From the IMG/VR virus record IMGVR_UViG_3300046804_004565, positions 1 to 56,353 of that record: 56,353 nt of DNA; one strand, 5' to 3'. This document shows positions 8,643 to 19,627 of this stretch, in pieces. Origin of the DNA: a virus. Lineage: Duplodnaviria; Caudoviricetes. The position numbers and the translations under genes are program-made. The notes beneath the pieces are model-generated. The model was not told the origin of the DNA and ran no database searches. It was given only the letters and a program-made list of their open reading frames with translations. Every line of letters begins with the position of its first letter. Within the stretch, counting starts at the first letter, position 1.

Positions 8643-9371
8643 TTAGGTCCAAAAAAAGTTTCTGTTGTTTACAATCCAAGTCAACCATTTTGTGTCGTTG
8701 TCTTCGATTTCCTTTTCAATACGATTCACTTCCTTGTATTTTTCTTCGTATGCAAGATCCTGCATTTCATCTGAAGGATATGCGCCTTCCATCTGCTTTT
8801 CGAGCGAAGGACGAATGTTTTTGATATAATCGTAGCATTCTTTCAGTTCCTTGGAGAATTTAGCGTGAATTTCACTCGACGCCTCGTAATCAGTATGATC
8901 AAAGCACTTTTCCTGTTCAACAAAATGTATCACCATCTTGAAGTTGATGTGAGGAATAAGCCATACCTTGTCCGACCAAGTGTTTGGTATTCCATCCATA
9001 AGCCATTTCTGCTTGGGAAAGATTTTGCAGGTAAAGTATTCGTAAAAGAAATAACTGACTCTGCGATATGTAAATCTGGCAAGAATGTGGTTTCTGATGA
9101 AGTATTGGATAGGATACTTTTTCTTGAAATACTCATCAATATTTTTCTGGTCTCTCATAGACAAAGAAAACAATGGCGTATTATACCAGAAATAACAGGC
9201 GTGTCGCTGTTTATATGATAACTTCAGATGCTCTTCCAATGTGGAAGCGGCGCTGTGCATATACAGCACATCCGTTGCCTTTTCCCACAAATCAACTATT
9301 CTGTCCTTAACTGTAGGTTTGTATTCTCCTTTTGGGAGAATTATTGCATGTGTTCGTTGTTCAAAGTTCAT
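8643..9371 (-). CDS. Hypothetical phage protein
   Basis: 242-aa ORF ending in FFWT. Confidence 0.7.
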   Translation of the reverse strand: MNFEQRTHAIILPKGEYKPTVKDRIVDLWEKATDVLYMHSAASTLEEHLKLSYKQRHACYFWYNTPLFSLSMRDQKNIDEYFKKKYPIQYFIRNHILARFTYRRVSYFFYEYFTCKIFPKQKWLMDGIPNTWSDKVWLIPHINFKMVIHFVEQEKCFDHTDYEASSEIHAKFSKELKECYDYIKNIRPSLEKQMEGAYPSDEMQDLAYEEKYKEVNRIEKEIEDNDTKWLTWIVNNRNFFWT

Positions 9372-10209
9372 TTACTCTATAAGGGTTGACGAAATTCATA
9401 TTGCTGCGCCTGTTATCTTGTATGGTGTTGTTATAATTATAACGCCCAGATAGGTGAGCAGCATATATATTTTTTGCACGAATACCTTGGCAGAAATCAT
9501 ATGCCTCGTCAAGTGTAAAATGGGTAGGATCGTCTCTGTCTTCCAAATTGAGGAAAGTGCAATCCATTATAATATCCTTTACGTCATATAATTGGTCGTA
9601 GTCCGGAATCTGATATGCATCAAGACAATATGCGAATAGATTGGCACGATATGTCTCATTAAAGTCGGAATTCTTCATTCCCTTACGAATAAAAGATGGA
9701 ATGTCCAATCCTTGATACTCTTTCTTCAATCTTGTGCGATTTTCGTAAATGACATAACCAAGTGTGCTCTTGTTCTTCTGATGGCTCATATCAAAAGCAC
9801 GCACAAATTGCTTGTTGCCAAGATCAACTTCAAAGCCAGCTGAAATAGGAACAAAATCGAGCTTGTAACGCAACCAGTTGCCATTACGCTTCTTGATAAA
9901 GTCAATAAGATCACCCATCAAGTAGTTATCACTTGGAAAATAGACTGTAAGAGGCTTATTAGCATCCATTGTGTCCTTGTTGCGGCTCATGCCTCTTCCA
10001 GCATTACGAGCGCCAATGATGGCAGGAAGACCAAAGACATGATCTCCGTGGTCGTGACCAATGAAAATATGCTCTATACCAGCAAGATAGTTGCCAATGC
10101 TTGTAGCAGCACCTTCACCCGCATCAAATAATATATTACGGGTTTTGTCGTGGCACCAGTTGCTGTAAAGTGCCTTGCTGAAAATAGAAATGTTGAGACC
10201 GTTATTCAC
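9361..10209 (-). CDS. rnz: Short-form RNase Z (tRNase Z; metallo-beta-lactamase fold), resembles the Thermotoga type
   Basis: FSKALYS...ILFDAGEG, HxHxDH (HDHGDH), H (MSHQ), D (CLDA), DCTF, H (PTHF), HLSGRY; type assignment from recalled sequence similarity. Confidence 0.8.
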   Translation of the reverse strand: MNNGLNISIFSKALYSNWCHDKTRNILFDAGEGAATSIGNYLAGIEHIFIGHDHGDHVFGLPAIIGARNAGRGMSRNKDTMDANKPLTVYFPSDNYLMGDLIDFIKKRNGNWLRYKLDFVPISAGFEVDLGNKQFVRAFDMSHQKNKSTLGYVIYENRTRLKKEYQGLDIPSFIRKGMKNSDFNETYRANLFAYCLDAYQIPDYDQLYDVKDIIMDCTFLNLEDRDDPTHFTLDEAYDFCQGIRAKNIYAAHLSGRYNYNNTIQDNRRSNMNFVNPYRVNEL

Positions 10210-10216
10210 AGCCTAT

Positions 10217-10244
10217 ACATTATTCAGTTTTTATATAATGTCAA
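10217..10244 (-). promoter_or_regulatory. Promoter TTGACA-N16-TAATGT, -10 box 7 nt from GTG
   Basis: Same architecture as the other promoters. Confidence 0.6.
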
Positions 10245-10247
10245 GCG

Positions 10248-11129
10248 TCAATTAATGGTCAGGATTACATCATCCAATCCAACCAGCAGTGCATTCATAT
10301 TATCCACCTGCGCCACTCTGAATCTCATTGTTTGACCGAGACAGTCTTGAAGGTAACTTGTGATGTCGAATGTCAATTTTTGATAATCGGAGAAAAGTGG
10401 GTCACTTTCTTGCGATGTATAAAAATTCACCAAAATACCATCAAGACTCGTAAGACTCAATGGATCCGCAACGGTATTCATTATGTCTATTGATGCAAAT
10501 TGATTTGGCGGTGGTCCGCCAAGTCCAACAAAATCCATATTTGATCCAACCGCCCAAAAATCTGCGGTATTGTATACAGCATAGTAGAATGAGATGCTTG
10601 CGTTGTTCACAACGTGTGGAACAAAGAAGTCCTGATACAATACACTGGTGGTTGGACCACCTTGGTTTGTGAGAACCGCGTGATCTCCGGACGGAGGAGT
10701 AAATGCGCCTTCGTATGGATAATTTATAGAACCGCTGTATGTGTATACCTCGCCGCCACTTCCAGTTTCATACAATACAGTCCATCCATTCAATCCATCT
10801 TCGAAGCTTGGATTGATGAGCAATGATTGAACCGCAACTGGCTGGGCCAATAATGATCTATTTGAAACAAACGACCATCCTGTTTTTCCAGTGCCGCTTG
10901 TTTTGATCCAAGTTTCATTCTCTTGTTCAAATCCGATGATGTCTTCTGTCAATGAATTATACCATATTTCATTCTGGTATTTCAAGGCAAAGCGACGTTT
11001 GGTGATATCCAATATTGATACTTTTTCTCCCACCTTCAGTATGAATGTTTCTCCGCTACGAGAAAACATCGCTCCAACAGGAGCAGCCACCACATTTTCC
11101 GGACTTGATTCTTTGAGTATGTTAAACAT
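10248..11129 (-). CDS. Paralog family member 1: shared N-terminal module plus galactose-binding/CBM-like beta-sandwich
   Basis: SSPENVVAAPVG...WIKT...TGW; LINPSFEDGLNGW...LDDVIL brackets typical of CBM-like domains. Confidence 0.7.
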   Translation of the reverse strand: MFNILKESSPENVVAAPVGAMFSRSGETFILKVGEKVSILDITKRRFALKYQNEIWYNSLTEDIIGFEQENETWIKTSGTGKTGWSFVSNRSLLAQPVAVQSLLINPSFEDGLNGWTVLYETGSGGEVYTYSGSINYPYEGAFTPPSGDHAVLTNQGGPTTSVLYQDFFVPHVVNNASISFYYAVYNTADFWAVGSNMDFVGLGGPPPNQFASIDIMNTVADPLSLTSLDGILVNFYTSQESDPLFSDYQKLTFDITSYLQDCLGQTMRFRVAQVDNMNALLVGLDDVILTIN

Positions 11130-11141
11130 GGATAAATTGGT

Positions 11142-11537
11142 TTATATCAACTTGTAGGTGATTTTTCCAGTTCCTTGATCAAGTGTTAGACCTGTTATTT
11201 TCGCCAAGTCGCTGTATTTTTCGCAATCCCAAGCGGTATCGCGTATATCACGAAGTTTTGCTCCGTTCTTTCCAGCGTCAAGTGTTTCATCCTTAAGATC
11301 AGCATTCTTTGGCAAATCTTCATCCTTGATTGGATTGATCACGAATGACACATTGTCTTTGGCGGTTATGACCCATCCATCAGACAGATTGAGGTCTTTG
11401 TATCTGTCGGTGTCTCTCAGATTTGCTATTGCCACTTCGAATCTTTTGCAAATCGCATCTCTTACGTTTTTTGGAATTTTGTTGTCCATATTAAATGGAG
11501 CCTTGTTCCAGTTGATTATTTGTGCGTCTATTTTCAT
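11142..11537 (-). CDS. Hypothetical protein
   Basis: 131-aa ORF. Confidence 0.65.
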   Translation of the reverse strand: MKIDAQIINWNKAPFNMDNKIPKNVRDAICKRFEVAIANLRDTDRYKDLNLSDGWVITAKDNVSFVINPIKDEDLPKNADLKDETLDAGKNGAKLRDIRDTAWDCEKYSDLAKITGLTLDQGTGKITYKLI

Positions 11538-11569
11538 AAATTTATATCAATTGATTGTTGTGGAATATT

Positions 11570-14500
11570 TTATTCTATTGTTAGGTTGTATGGCGGATTG
11601 ACATAATTGTTCCATCCATCTGCGAAGATGGCATATTTCCCATCTCCATATACCATTGTGTTCCAGTAACTGTTTGTTCCTGTGCTGCCAAGTGTCCAGT
11701 TGATTCCATCGGTTGATGTTGCAATGTCCATTTGGTTATCTGAACCGTCTGCGAATACAATGAATTTTGTACCATCAAATATTACTCCTCGTGGATCAAA
11801 GTACGATGATGTGGAAATATAGTTATAATCCCAATCTATTCCATTTGCGCTTGTGATTACTGTTTGTTGGTCTCCTGTGGCAACAAATATTCCATTACCA
11901 TATGCTATTCCAGCATTCCAGTCATCTGGCATATACGAAGAGGACCAGTTGGTTCCATCCGCAGAATACACTCCTTTTGGAGCCGTTGAAACAAGTCCAA
12001 GATTACCAGTATCACCGTATCCAACCACCCATAGTGTATTGTCTGTTTTTACAATCATTGATGCACGAGAAGCCATGTGCGCTTGTTTTGCGTCGGTTAT
12101 GTTGGATACCGTCGGCGTGTTGTGATTTGTGTCATCTCCCGTTCCAAGTCTTCCGTTTTCGTTATACCCTATGCCATATGCTGTACCATCTTCTTTTACA
12201 TATACAACACTGCTATTGTTTGCAGATACGCTTACAACTTCAGTATCAATCAATGTTGGGGTATTTCTGGCTGTGGTATCTCCTTGACCAAGCTGTCCGT
12301 GGCCATTGTATCCCATACCATACAAGTTTCCGTTGTTCTTGACATAAAATGCCGTGTTTCCACCAGCGGCACATAATCTCACACTTGTGTCAACGGATAT
12401 AGGAGTATTGCTGTCGTTGTTTGTTCCGTCGCCAAGTTGACCCCAATTATTTTGTCCAATTGTATACAGAGTTCCGTCGGATTTGATATACATGCTGTAT
12501 TCTTCACCAACTGCTGCTGATACAACATTTGTGTCCACTTGCACCGATTGAGTCACATAACTGTCTGATGTAATCCCAAGTTGACCGGATCCGTTGTATC
12601 CCATACCCCACAATGTATTGTCATTCTTGATATACAATGTGTTTTGACCATATTCATTTCCAAATGATTGAGAAACATTGGTGTCTATCTGTATAGGAGA
12701 AAATGCGCTGTTGAATGTACCGTTTCCAAGTTGACCAAACCCGTTGTATCCCATTCCCCAAAGCGTGCCATCATTTTTCACGAATGTGGTGTGATCATAA
12801 CCAGCCGCGACGGTTTTCACATTGGTGGTTATAGGAAGGAATTTGGAGTAATGTCCAAAGTCCCCGTATCCTCCGAATCCAAGCTGGCCGTAGTCGTTTA
12901 ATCCGCATCCATACAATGTTCCACTCTTCAGTGCCAATGAATGATCTCGGCCAGCGGCAAAAGCATCAACCGTCTGATTATTGAATGATTGACTGTATGA
13001 ATACCACTCGTAATTGATATCGTAATCTCCCCACCATGTTCCAGCGACATATTTACCATCGCCATAGGCCAAGCAGCGGATGTAGTTGTTTGCTGGAGTG
13101 CTTTGTTCTGTCCAAGTATCTCCATCCGGAGATGTCACGATTCTTCTGTCTCCAGCAGCGACAAATTGTCCGCCGCCATATACAACGGCATTCAGTTCAT
13201 GCCATTCTGTATTTATCAACGAGCCAGATGTCCATGTTATACCATCCGTCGATGTGAATGTTTCTGGTCTTCCATCGTTCCATCCATCTGATACTCCGGA
13301 TACAGCAACATATTTTCCTGCTCCATAAGCGACACCGGATATACCTCCCTCGACGTTATCAATAGAACCTGTGTTCCAGATCTTTGCATCCGTTGAGTAT
13401 CTTATCTGTGTATTTCCTTCTCCTCCACCAACGATGAATTTTCCACCGCCATACACGCTTCCTCTCCAACGATGTTCATCAAACTGATTGTCGTAATAAT
13501 TGAACTTCGTCACGCCATCGGCTGTCCATCCAGTCAAAGGATTGGTGGAGAACATTCCGAATGGATATACTGGGCCTCCCATTTGAAAAAACCAGTTGTA
13601 GCCCATTCCATACAGCAGCTTGTTGGTTTTAACATACAATGAATGCTCGTTACCAGCAACTACCGATGAAACATCCGTGGCTATTTGCGTTGCAGGATAT
13701 ATATCGTACCAAGGATATACACCAAGTTCACCATCGCCGTTATATCCCATACCCCAAAGCGTGTTGTCATTCTTGATATACAATGTGTGAGAATCGCCAC
13801 CTGTGATATATCTGACATTTGTGTCAACTTGCATTGGTGTATGAATGTGTTCTTCGACATCCGGATTTATTCCGATCTGCCCGTCCCAATTTCCTCCCAT
13901 CATCCATAGGGTGTCATCATTCTTAATGTATCCACTGTGATATCCTCCCGCACCAACGGCTTTTACTCCCGTATCGATTTGGAATGGTTCATCCCAATTG
14001 TAAAATGGACTTATTTCACTTCCAAGTTGATTATCCCAGTTTTCTCCGATACCAAACAATACATCACTATTATTGATATACAGCAGATGATATCCGCCAC
14101 CAGCAATCGCCTTGACACTTCCGGTAATTTGCATGAACACGTTTGTGCTAATGTTGAATGCGTCACCGGTTGCCCACACTGTTCCATCAGCCATTAACAA
14201 TGCTGTGTAATATTCACCAACAGCAATATCTGTTATTGCACCAGAACCTGTGATATCTCCATCCAAAACATTCTGGGTCCAATCATTATAACTGTCGTTG
14301 GTGCCATTTCCAAATTGGCCATCGTAGCCATATCCTGCAAACCATAGCGTACCATCGTTTTTGAGCGCAGATGCAAACCATCCTTCACAACTTGCTCTGA
14401 CAGTTTTGACATCCGTTAGTACGAGACTGGCGGTGTTTCTGTAATCTGTTGTTCCATTGCCTAATTCGCCATCGCTATTATATCCAGAAGCCCACAAATC

Positions 14501-14887
14501 TCCATTTGTCTTTAGGAAATAACTCTGATAATATCCTGCACCGACTGCGATAATATCTCCCATTATAGGATTGGTCTCATTCACTATGCTTACAAACGAA
14601 TTTGCAGACGAGGCATATCTCCAACCAATGTCATTATTTCCATTTCCGGTCTTGACCCAAGTTTCGTTTGGTTTGGAGAATGATATATCACTTTCTTTCA
14701 AAGTAGGAAATCCGGCATCACTATAATGCGCTTGAACCAGCGACTTCTTCGAAATACTCAGTTCGCGCACACGACCATTATGAGAAACGTAGAATTTTTC
14801 TCCGTGTCTGATGAATCTTGCGCCTTTTGGGGCTTTCACGATGCCTTCTGGACTTGATCTGTCAAATTGTGCTGGTATATTGCTCAT
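11570..14887 (-). CDS. Paralog family member 2: RCC1/BLIP-II repeat and Asp-box-like (SxDGxxW) beta-propeller protein, likely virion fibre or adhesin
   Basis: Many LWGMGYNxxGQLG repeats in two blocks; STDGITW, SPDGDTW, SADGTNW, SANGIDW, STDGINW repeats; start set at MSNIPAQ. Confidence 0.85.
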   Translation of the reverse strand: MSNIPAQFDRSSPEGIVKAPKGARFIRHGEKFYVSHNGRVRELSISKKSLVQAHYSDAGFPTLKESDISFSKPNETWVKTGNGNNDIGWRYASSANSFVSIVNETNPIMGDIIAVGAGYYQSYFLKTNGDLWASGYNSDGELGNGTTDYRNTASLVLTDVKTVRASCEGWFASALKNDGTLWFAGYGYDGQFGNGTNDSYNDWTQNVLDGDITGSGAITDIAVGEYYTALLMADGTVWATGDAFNISTNVFMQITGSVKAIAGGGYHLLYINNSDVLFGIGENWDNQLGSEISPFYNWDEPFQIDTGVKAVGAGGYHSGYIKNDDTLWMMGGNWDGQIGINPDVEEHIHTPMQVDTNVRYITGGDSHTLYIKNDNTLWGMGYNGDGELGVYPWYDIYPATQIATDVSSVVAGNEHSLYVKTNKLLYGMGYNWFFQMGGPVYPFGMFSTNPLTGWTADGVTKFNYYDNQFDEHRWRGSVYGGGKFIVGGGEGNTQIRYSTDAKIWNTGSIDNVEGGISGVAYGAGKYVAVSGVSDGWNDGRPETFTSTDGITWTSGSLINTEWHELNAVVYGGGQFVAAGDRRIVTSPDGDTWTEQSTPANNYIRCLAYGDGKYVAGTWWGDYDINYEWYSYSQSFNNQTVDAFAAGRDHSLALKSGTLYGCGLNDYGQLGFGGYGDFGHYSKFLPITTNVKTVAAGYDHTTFVKNDGTLWGMGYNGFGQLGNGTFNSAFSPIQIDTNVSQSFGNEYGQNTLYIKNDNTLWGMGYNGSGQLGITSDSYVTQSVQVDTNVVSAAVGEEYSMYIKSDGTLYTIGQNNWGQLGDGTNNDSNTPISVDTSVRLCAAGGNTAFYVKNNGNLYGMGYNGHGQLGQGDTTARNTPTLIDTEVVSVSANNSSVVYVKEDGTAYGIGYNENGRLGTGDDTNHNTPTVSNITDAKQAHMASRASMIVKTDNTLWVVGYGDTGNLGLVSTAPKGVYSADGTNWSSSYMPDDWNAGIAYGNGIFVATGDQQTVITSANGIDWDYNYISTSSYFDPRGVIFDGTKFIVFADGSDNQMDIATSTDGINWTLGSTGTNSYWNTMVYGDGKYAIFADGWNNYVNPPYNLTIE

Positions 14888-14933
14888 AGGTTGTATAATG
14901 ATTATATTATAAATATAACCTATTAGATTAAAA

Positions 14934-16259
14934 TTATGGGTTCTTTCCAACTTGCCAGTATGTTTTTCCGTTAAAACTTATAGTTGCTTGGGAACCATAT
15001 GCCATACTATTTGCTGTTATATATGACCTTGATCCAGTAGCGGCATTCACAGTTCCTCCAGTATATGCGGATATTTTCAACAAGTTTGCTACTCTGTCTA
15101 TTCTGCACGCAAAGCCGGGCGATCCTTCTTCCGCACCGGCGAAGAATAGTCCAACCAGCTTCCAAATTCCTCCTATTTTGGCATATACTCCAGATCCAGA
15201 GTCTCCACCCAACCCAACTACGGTTCCATCACTTTCTATTGCCAAACAATCTGAAAATAAAACGGCATCATTTCCCGCATCAGTATATCCAGAAACATAA
15301 AGCGAAGTTGATGTATTCGTTATTTGGACGACGCAACTACTGTATGTATCCGGACCTATTGGTCCAGTAGTTCTTCCGGACTTGAATACTTCTGTGCTTG
15401 TGGTTATGGCGTCTATTTCAGCCGTGCTTGCAAATGGTGGCGGCGTTCCTCCAAACGTTGCTCCAATAACATCCCAACTTCCGCTATCTACGATGGCATT
15501 ACTGAGATTAACAATACCACAATCCACATAGTTTGATCCGGTGGATCTTAGTGGATATGCTCTTTTTGTTATTCCTATCAGATCGGTACTTTTATTTACT
15601 ACTCCGCTATCCCACGAACTTTGCTGATACATGTTTATATTGTTGTAAGCGGCGTAGGTAGCTGGAAAGTTGTAATCATCCGAAAAAAACTTGGATGTGG
15701 ATGGATTTGATCCACCAGGCGTAGCGCAAACGTGATTGTTTGTTAGTGCAACGAGTTTATTGTCGGTAGAATCCAATACCATAACTCCAAGAGTTCCTGC
15801 ATTTACATATCCAGTCGGAGGAGTTGCTGCCATAGATACTCCACCTCTTAATGGACGAGTGGTGGCACGATTCACGCTAACTGGCGCAGTCACATTGGGT
15901 GGAACAGAATCATCTCCCACAGGATTACACACGGACAAAGACAGCGGTCCACCGTTTGCAGCATTGTTTTCTCCCAACTTTCTCATCGTGGCTGATGTGT
16001 ATATTTTGGTTGGAACAACATAAACATCCGTGCTGTATTCAACGCCGTCAACATTTATCTTGGATGGTATTCTTTTTTCCTGCGGTATTTGATTCAAAGG
16101 AAGTTTTTTCTCGACTCCAAATCTGATGCACTTTTCTTCTGTATACTTTCCTTTGGAGTGCTTGCATCCATATGCAACCTGAACGGTGCCATATGCATTG
16201 TCAAGATGAAGATCTTCCACAACCTGTTTTAGTTTTTCCAGATTATTATTGTTATTCAT
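14934..16259 (-). CDS. Trypsin/chymotrypsin-fold serine protease (Nal1-like architecture)
   Basis: GTLG...LTNNHV (His), VDCG (Asp), KSGRTTG, GDSGS (Ser), VGLFFAG. Confidence 0.8.
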   Translation of the reverse strand: MNNNNNLEKLKQVVEDLHLDNAYGTVQVAYGCKHSKGKYTEEKCIRFGVEKKLPLNQIPQEKRIPSKINVDGVEYSTDVYVVPTKIYTSATMRKLGENNAANGGPLSLSVCNPVGDDSVPPNVTAPVSVNRATTRPLRGGVSMAATPPTGYVNAGTLGVMVLDSTDNKLVALTNNHVCATPGGSNPSTSKFFSDDYNFPATYAAYNNINMYQQSSWDSGVVNKSTDLIGITKRAYPLRSTGSNYVDCGIVNLSNAIVDSGSWDVIGATFGGTPPPFASTAEIDAITTSTEVFKSGRTTGPIGPDTYSSCVVQITNTSTSLYVSGYTDAGNDAVLFSDCLAIESDGTVVGLGGDSGSGVYAKIGGIWKLVGLFFAGAEEGSPGFACRIDRVANLLKISAYTGGTVNAATGSRSYITANSMAYGSQATISFNGKTYWQVGKNP

Positions 16260-16617
16260 AAGTGACGTATATTATTCCGCTTCCTATTCCTGTGGTTATT
16301 GGTGGAGGGTTTGATATCACAGGAGATTTTGTTCCCATATATTTCCATCCTGTCTTGTTGCTCTTGGATTTGGTTTTGACCCAGAGTTCTTGAGGCTTGG
16401 AGAAGAAAATGTCATACGAGTTGATCAAAGAAGAATATGCTATTCTTTTGAATTTTGCATCATTTGCCACAAACAATCTTTTTTGGATGTTCAGCGAGTT
16501 TATTCCTTTTGAGTTTATCAGGAAAAACGAATCGCCTCTTCTGAAAAAAGAATCGCCGGGATTTGCCGAAACAATGTTTTCCGGTGAAGAATATTCAAGT
16601 GTGAGTCTTATTCTCAT
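16252..16617 (-). CDS. Paralog family member 3: shared N-terminal module almost alone
   Basis: SSPENIVSANPG...ELWVKT...TGWKY. Confidence 0.7.
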   Translation of the reverse strand: MRIRLTLEYSSPENIVSANPGDSFFRRGDSFFLINSKGINSLNIQKRLFVANDAKFKRIAYSSLINSYDIFFSKPQELWVKTKSKSNKTGWKYMGTKSPVISNPPPITTGIGSGIIYVTYE

Positions 16618-16653
16618 AGTTAATAAATTCTGCTGTTCATGTTTATATATTTC

Positions 16654-19602
16654 TTAAATAGATGAAACTCCGTATCTAGATGATAAATAATTGTGTATTG
16701 CGGCTCTTGGTCCACTGTATGTTACAATGCTGTTCAACGAAGATGTATGACCTGTTAGATTACCCCTTGTAACAATTACTTCTGGAACAGTGCCTGTCCA
16801 TCCTCTGTAATTTATCTTATTTGCTGCAAACTTGAAGTTTCCAGATCCGCTGTTTACATACGAGCCTGTATGATTGAAGTATACATAATAAGATCCTGTC
16901 GTGGATGTGACTTCCCAAACATATGCTCCATTTGTATTCGGTTCCGTATATGAGTTGTCTATTCTTGTCGTTCTGAAGCATCCCATATAAGATGTGCCTC
17001 CCAATCCCCACCAAGAGTCGGATGCTGCGCTTTCACCGTCATACAATGTATAAGCATCTTGATTCGAGCTTGCTTCACCAAGTATGAACAGTGATGCACC
17101 GTTTTTCATGTTTTGTGTATATGTCAAATCGACCGTTCCAAGATTTGCGCTGGCAAATGCAAGTGTCGGCTTGTAATTTATAGAAGCAGATCCAGCGGAA
17201 ACAAATGTCGGCATGCTTGCATAAGAAGTTTGTGTATAATTGATATTGTTTCTAATATTATACCAAGTTGATACTTTATTACTTCCGCTGACTTTATATC
17301 CGCCCATAGCAGATACCCACAATACCGTATCATCAAACCATCCATTTGCCTTGGATGAAGATATCGCAGTAAACAACGAAGCAGAGTCTTGTATTACGCC
17401 GCCGTCGGCAGTGACTCTTGTAATATATTTGTCATATACTTGTTGTGCAGTAAATGTTGTTGGGTCGTATTTGGATTGCAGATAGTTATACACCTTTTCT
17501 CTGGTTCCAGTTGGATTGACTGGCGTATAACTTGCAAGAGAACTTGTAACTTGACCGCCAATATTTTTTCCGAATGCAAGGATTTCAGCGATACCTCCCT
17601 TGATAGATCTATCATTTCTGCCAGAATTATCGGAAATAATGTGATACGACCCAGAGTTATATGCATATGCTCCTTCCGTATATACTCTCTCTTTATTGAT
17701 ATTGACAATATATCCTGTAGAGTCGGCTGTTAGATCCCATATATTTGTACCAATGTTTGGAGTATACGCCGTGGTTCCAGCTATTCTAACCGATCTGAAT
17801 GCACCCATAAAAAGGCTAGATCCGTTCAAATACCACCATTGATCCGTGTCTGTTCGGGTTGCATATAGAGAATATAGATTGTCAGGATATGTTTGTTCAG
17901 CAACTATAAACATCGTAGATCCACTAAAGAATGTGTTTGCAATATTTCCAAGTATCAGTGCACTTCCAGTATCTCCACCGGCACCATCGAATATCATCAT
18001 TCTGTTACCATACAGACCATCGGATCCAGTGGTAGAAAGTCTAGGACATTGTGTAGATCCAAGAGATTGAGTGGCGTCTTGATTTCCAATGATATTGTAC
18101 CATTTTACAACATAACTTCCAGACAACTTGTATCCGCCAGCTCCAGAGAACCAAAGAGAGGCGGAAGTATACCACCCATTGGATTTTGCAGTGCTAATCA
18201 TTTCGATGATTGCATTTTGATCGGCAACGGTTCCCCCATCAGCCGTTACTCTGGCAAAATATGTATTAGCTTCCAAATTTGGATCTATAGGAGATATAGT
18301 TGGAGTTACAGTTATTGTTGGGGTTACTGATATTGTTGGTGTGTTGGTGGATGTTACTGTTGGGGTCGGTGTACTGGTGGATGTTACTGTCTGTGTCGGC
18401 GTAATGGTCGCAGTTGGGGTAAGAGTTGGAGTAGGAGTTAGACCAGGTGCCACCAAATCATATTTTTCTGACCATATAAGATATCCAAGACCATCAAGTG
18501 CTCGGACAAGTATACTCTGAATTCCAAATTGTCCCGTGTATGGATTTCTGACAAATCCAAGAGATCCTGTTACAACTGTTGCAACTGGCCCTCCCGATGT
18601 AAGAGATATTTGTTGACCGCTCGTGAAATATGGTTCTCCAAGAAAATCAATTGCAAAATATGGATTGTCGTCTGTGCTTCCTCCCGGCGTATCATATCTT
18701 CTGACCGTTGTAGCCATTTCGATATCCCACTTGTTTGTGGAATAATTTGGAGTAAATGTCGCATAACCGTTATAGTCATATTTGTAAATTGTATAACCAG
18801 TTCTGGCTGCGACGTAGTTCCAGTTAAGAGTGAATGGAACCATCTGTGTTGCTGTTGGAGTGACCGTGATAGTCGGCGTAATTGTAGGTGTCACACTTAT
18901 GGTTGGTGTGATTGTTTGAGTAGGCGTATTTGTCGGTGTATATGATACCGTGGAAGTTGGTGTAGAAGTTGGAGTTGCGGTCGGAGTCTCACTTGGTATT
19001 GGCGTCTCAGTTGGTGTTGGAGTTTCCGTCGGAGTAGGTGTTTCAGTCGGCGTTGGAGTCTCGGTTGGTGTTGGAGTTTCCGTCGGAGTAGGTGTTTCTG
19101 TCGGGGTAGGTGTCGGTGTAGGAGAAGATCCGGCGGTCGGAGTTACCGATGCAGTTGGAGTTATTGTCGGCGTATTTGTCGGTGTAGGTGTAAGCGTGGA
19201 AGTGAGCGTCACCGTCGGTGTTGGCGTCGCCGTGCTGGATAAGGTAATACTTGGAGTTAAAGTTGGAGTTGGGGTCGGTGTTTCTGGGATCGATAATGCT
19301 CCTGGAGATTTTACTCCCATAAACTTCCAATTTTCTTTTCCATCTTCTCCAATTGCCCACAGTTCTCTTGGTTTGGAAAATCTTATTTCATACGAATCCA
19401 ATGGTAAAGCAAACACATAATCTTTGTATTTTGGGTCATTGAAAATGAAAAGCTTTTTTGGTATTTCCAGTTTCTTAATACCATTTTGATTGATCAAATA
19501 GAATCTATCATCTTCTCTATAGAACAAATCACCAACCTTTGCAGAAACAATTCCTTCCGGGTTGGAATCTTGAAGAGTTAAAATTATGCGAAGTGTTGGC
19601 AT
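16654..19602 (-). CDS. Paralog family member 4: Pro/Thr-rich stalks plus two tandem LamG/ConA-like domains
   Basis: [12 protein letters not shown]; two long PT tracts; duplicated unit [10 protein letters not shown]...AKSNGW / [10 protein letters not shown]...SKANGW. Confidence 0.8.
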   Translation of the reverse strand: MPTLRIILTLQDSNPEGIVSAKVGDLFYREDDRFYLINQNGIKKLEIPKKLFIFNDPKYKDYVFALPLDSYEIRFSKPRELWAIGEDGKENWKFMGVKSPGALSIPETPTPTPTLTPSITLSSTATPTPTVTLTSTLTPTPTNTPTITPTASVTPTAGSSPTPTPTPTETPTPTETPTPTETPTPTETPTPTETPTPTETPIPSETPTATPTSTPTSTVSYTPTNTPTQTITPTISVTPTITPTITVTPTATQMVPFTLNWNYVAARTGYTIYKYDYNGYATFTPNYSTNKWDIEMATTVRRYDTPGGSTDDNPYFAIDFLGEPYFTSGQQISLTSGGPVATVVTGSLGFVRNPYTGQFGIQSILVRALDGLGYLIWSEKYDLVAPGLTPTPTLTPTATITPTQTVTSTSTPTPTVTSTNTPTISVTPTITVTPTISPIDPNLEANTYFARVTADGGTVADQNAIIEMISTAKSNGWYTSASLWFSGAGGYKLSGSYVVKWYNIIGNQDATQSLGSTQCPRLSTTGSDGLYGNRMMIFDGAGGDTGSALILGNIANTFFSGSTMFIVAEQTYPDNLYSLYATRTDTDQWWYLNGSSLFMGAFRSVRIAGTTAYTPNIGTNIWDLTADSTGYIVNINKERVYTEGAYAYNSGSYHIISDNSGRNDRSIKGGIAEILAFGKNIGGQVTSSLASYTPVNPTGTREKVYNYLQSKYDPTTFTAQQVYDKYITRVTADGGVIQDSASLFTAISSSKANGWFDDTVLWVSAMGGYKVSGSNKVSTWYNIRNNINYTQTSYASMPTFVSAGSASINYKPTLAFASANLGTVDLTYTQNMKNGASLFILGEASSNQDAYTLYDGESAASDSWWGLGGTSYMGCFRTTRIDNSYTEPNTNGAYVWEVTSTTGSYYVYFNHTGSYVNSGSGNFKFAANKINYRGWTGTVPEVIVTRGNLTGHTSSLNSIVTYSGPRAAIHNYLSSRYGVSSI
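18840..19285 (-). repeat. Degenerate 18-nt coding repeat (TPTETP/TPT units)
   Basis: About six TPTETP units; gttggtgttggagtttccgtcggagtaggtgtttc occurs twice, 54 nt apart. Confidence 0.85.
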
Positions 19603-19627
19603 TTTATTAATTAAGTATATGTCATGA

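Noticed and set aside
18840-19285. CRISPR array
   Set aside because: The repeats are degenerate in-frame codon repeats without unique spacers. No array was seen in the window, and the Cas4-like nuclease stands alone.
18950-19420. Plus-strand VGVGVS-repeat ORF, and the similar ORF at 19722-20102
   Set aside because: Antisense shadows of the Pro/Thr repeat coding sequence.
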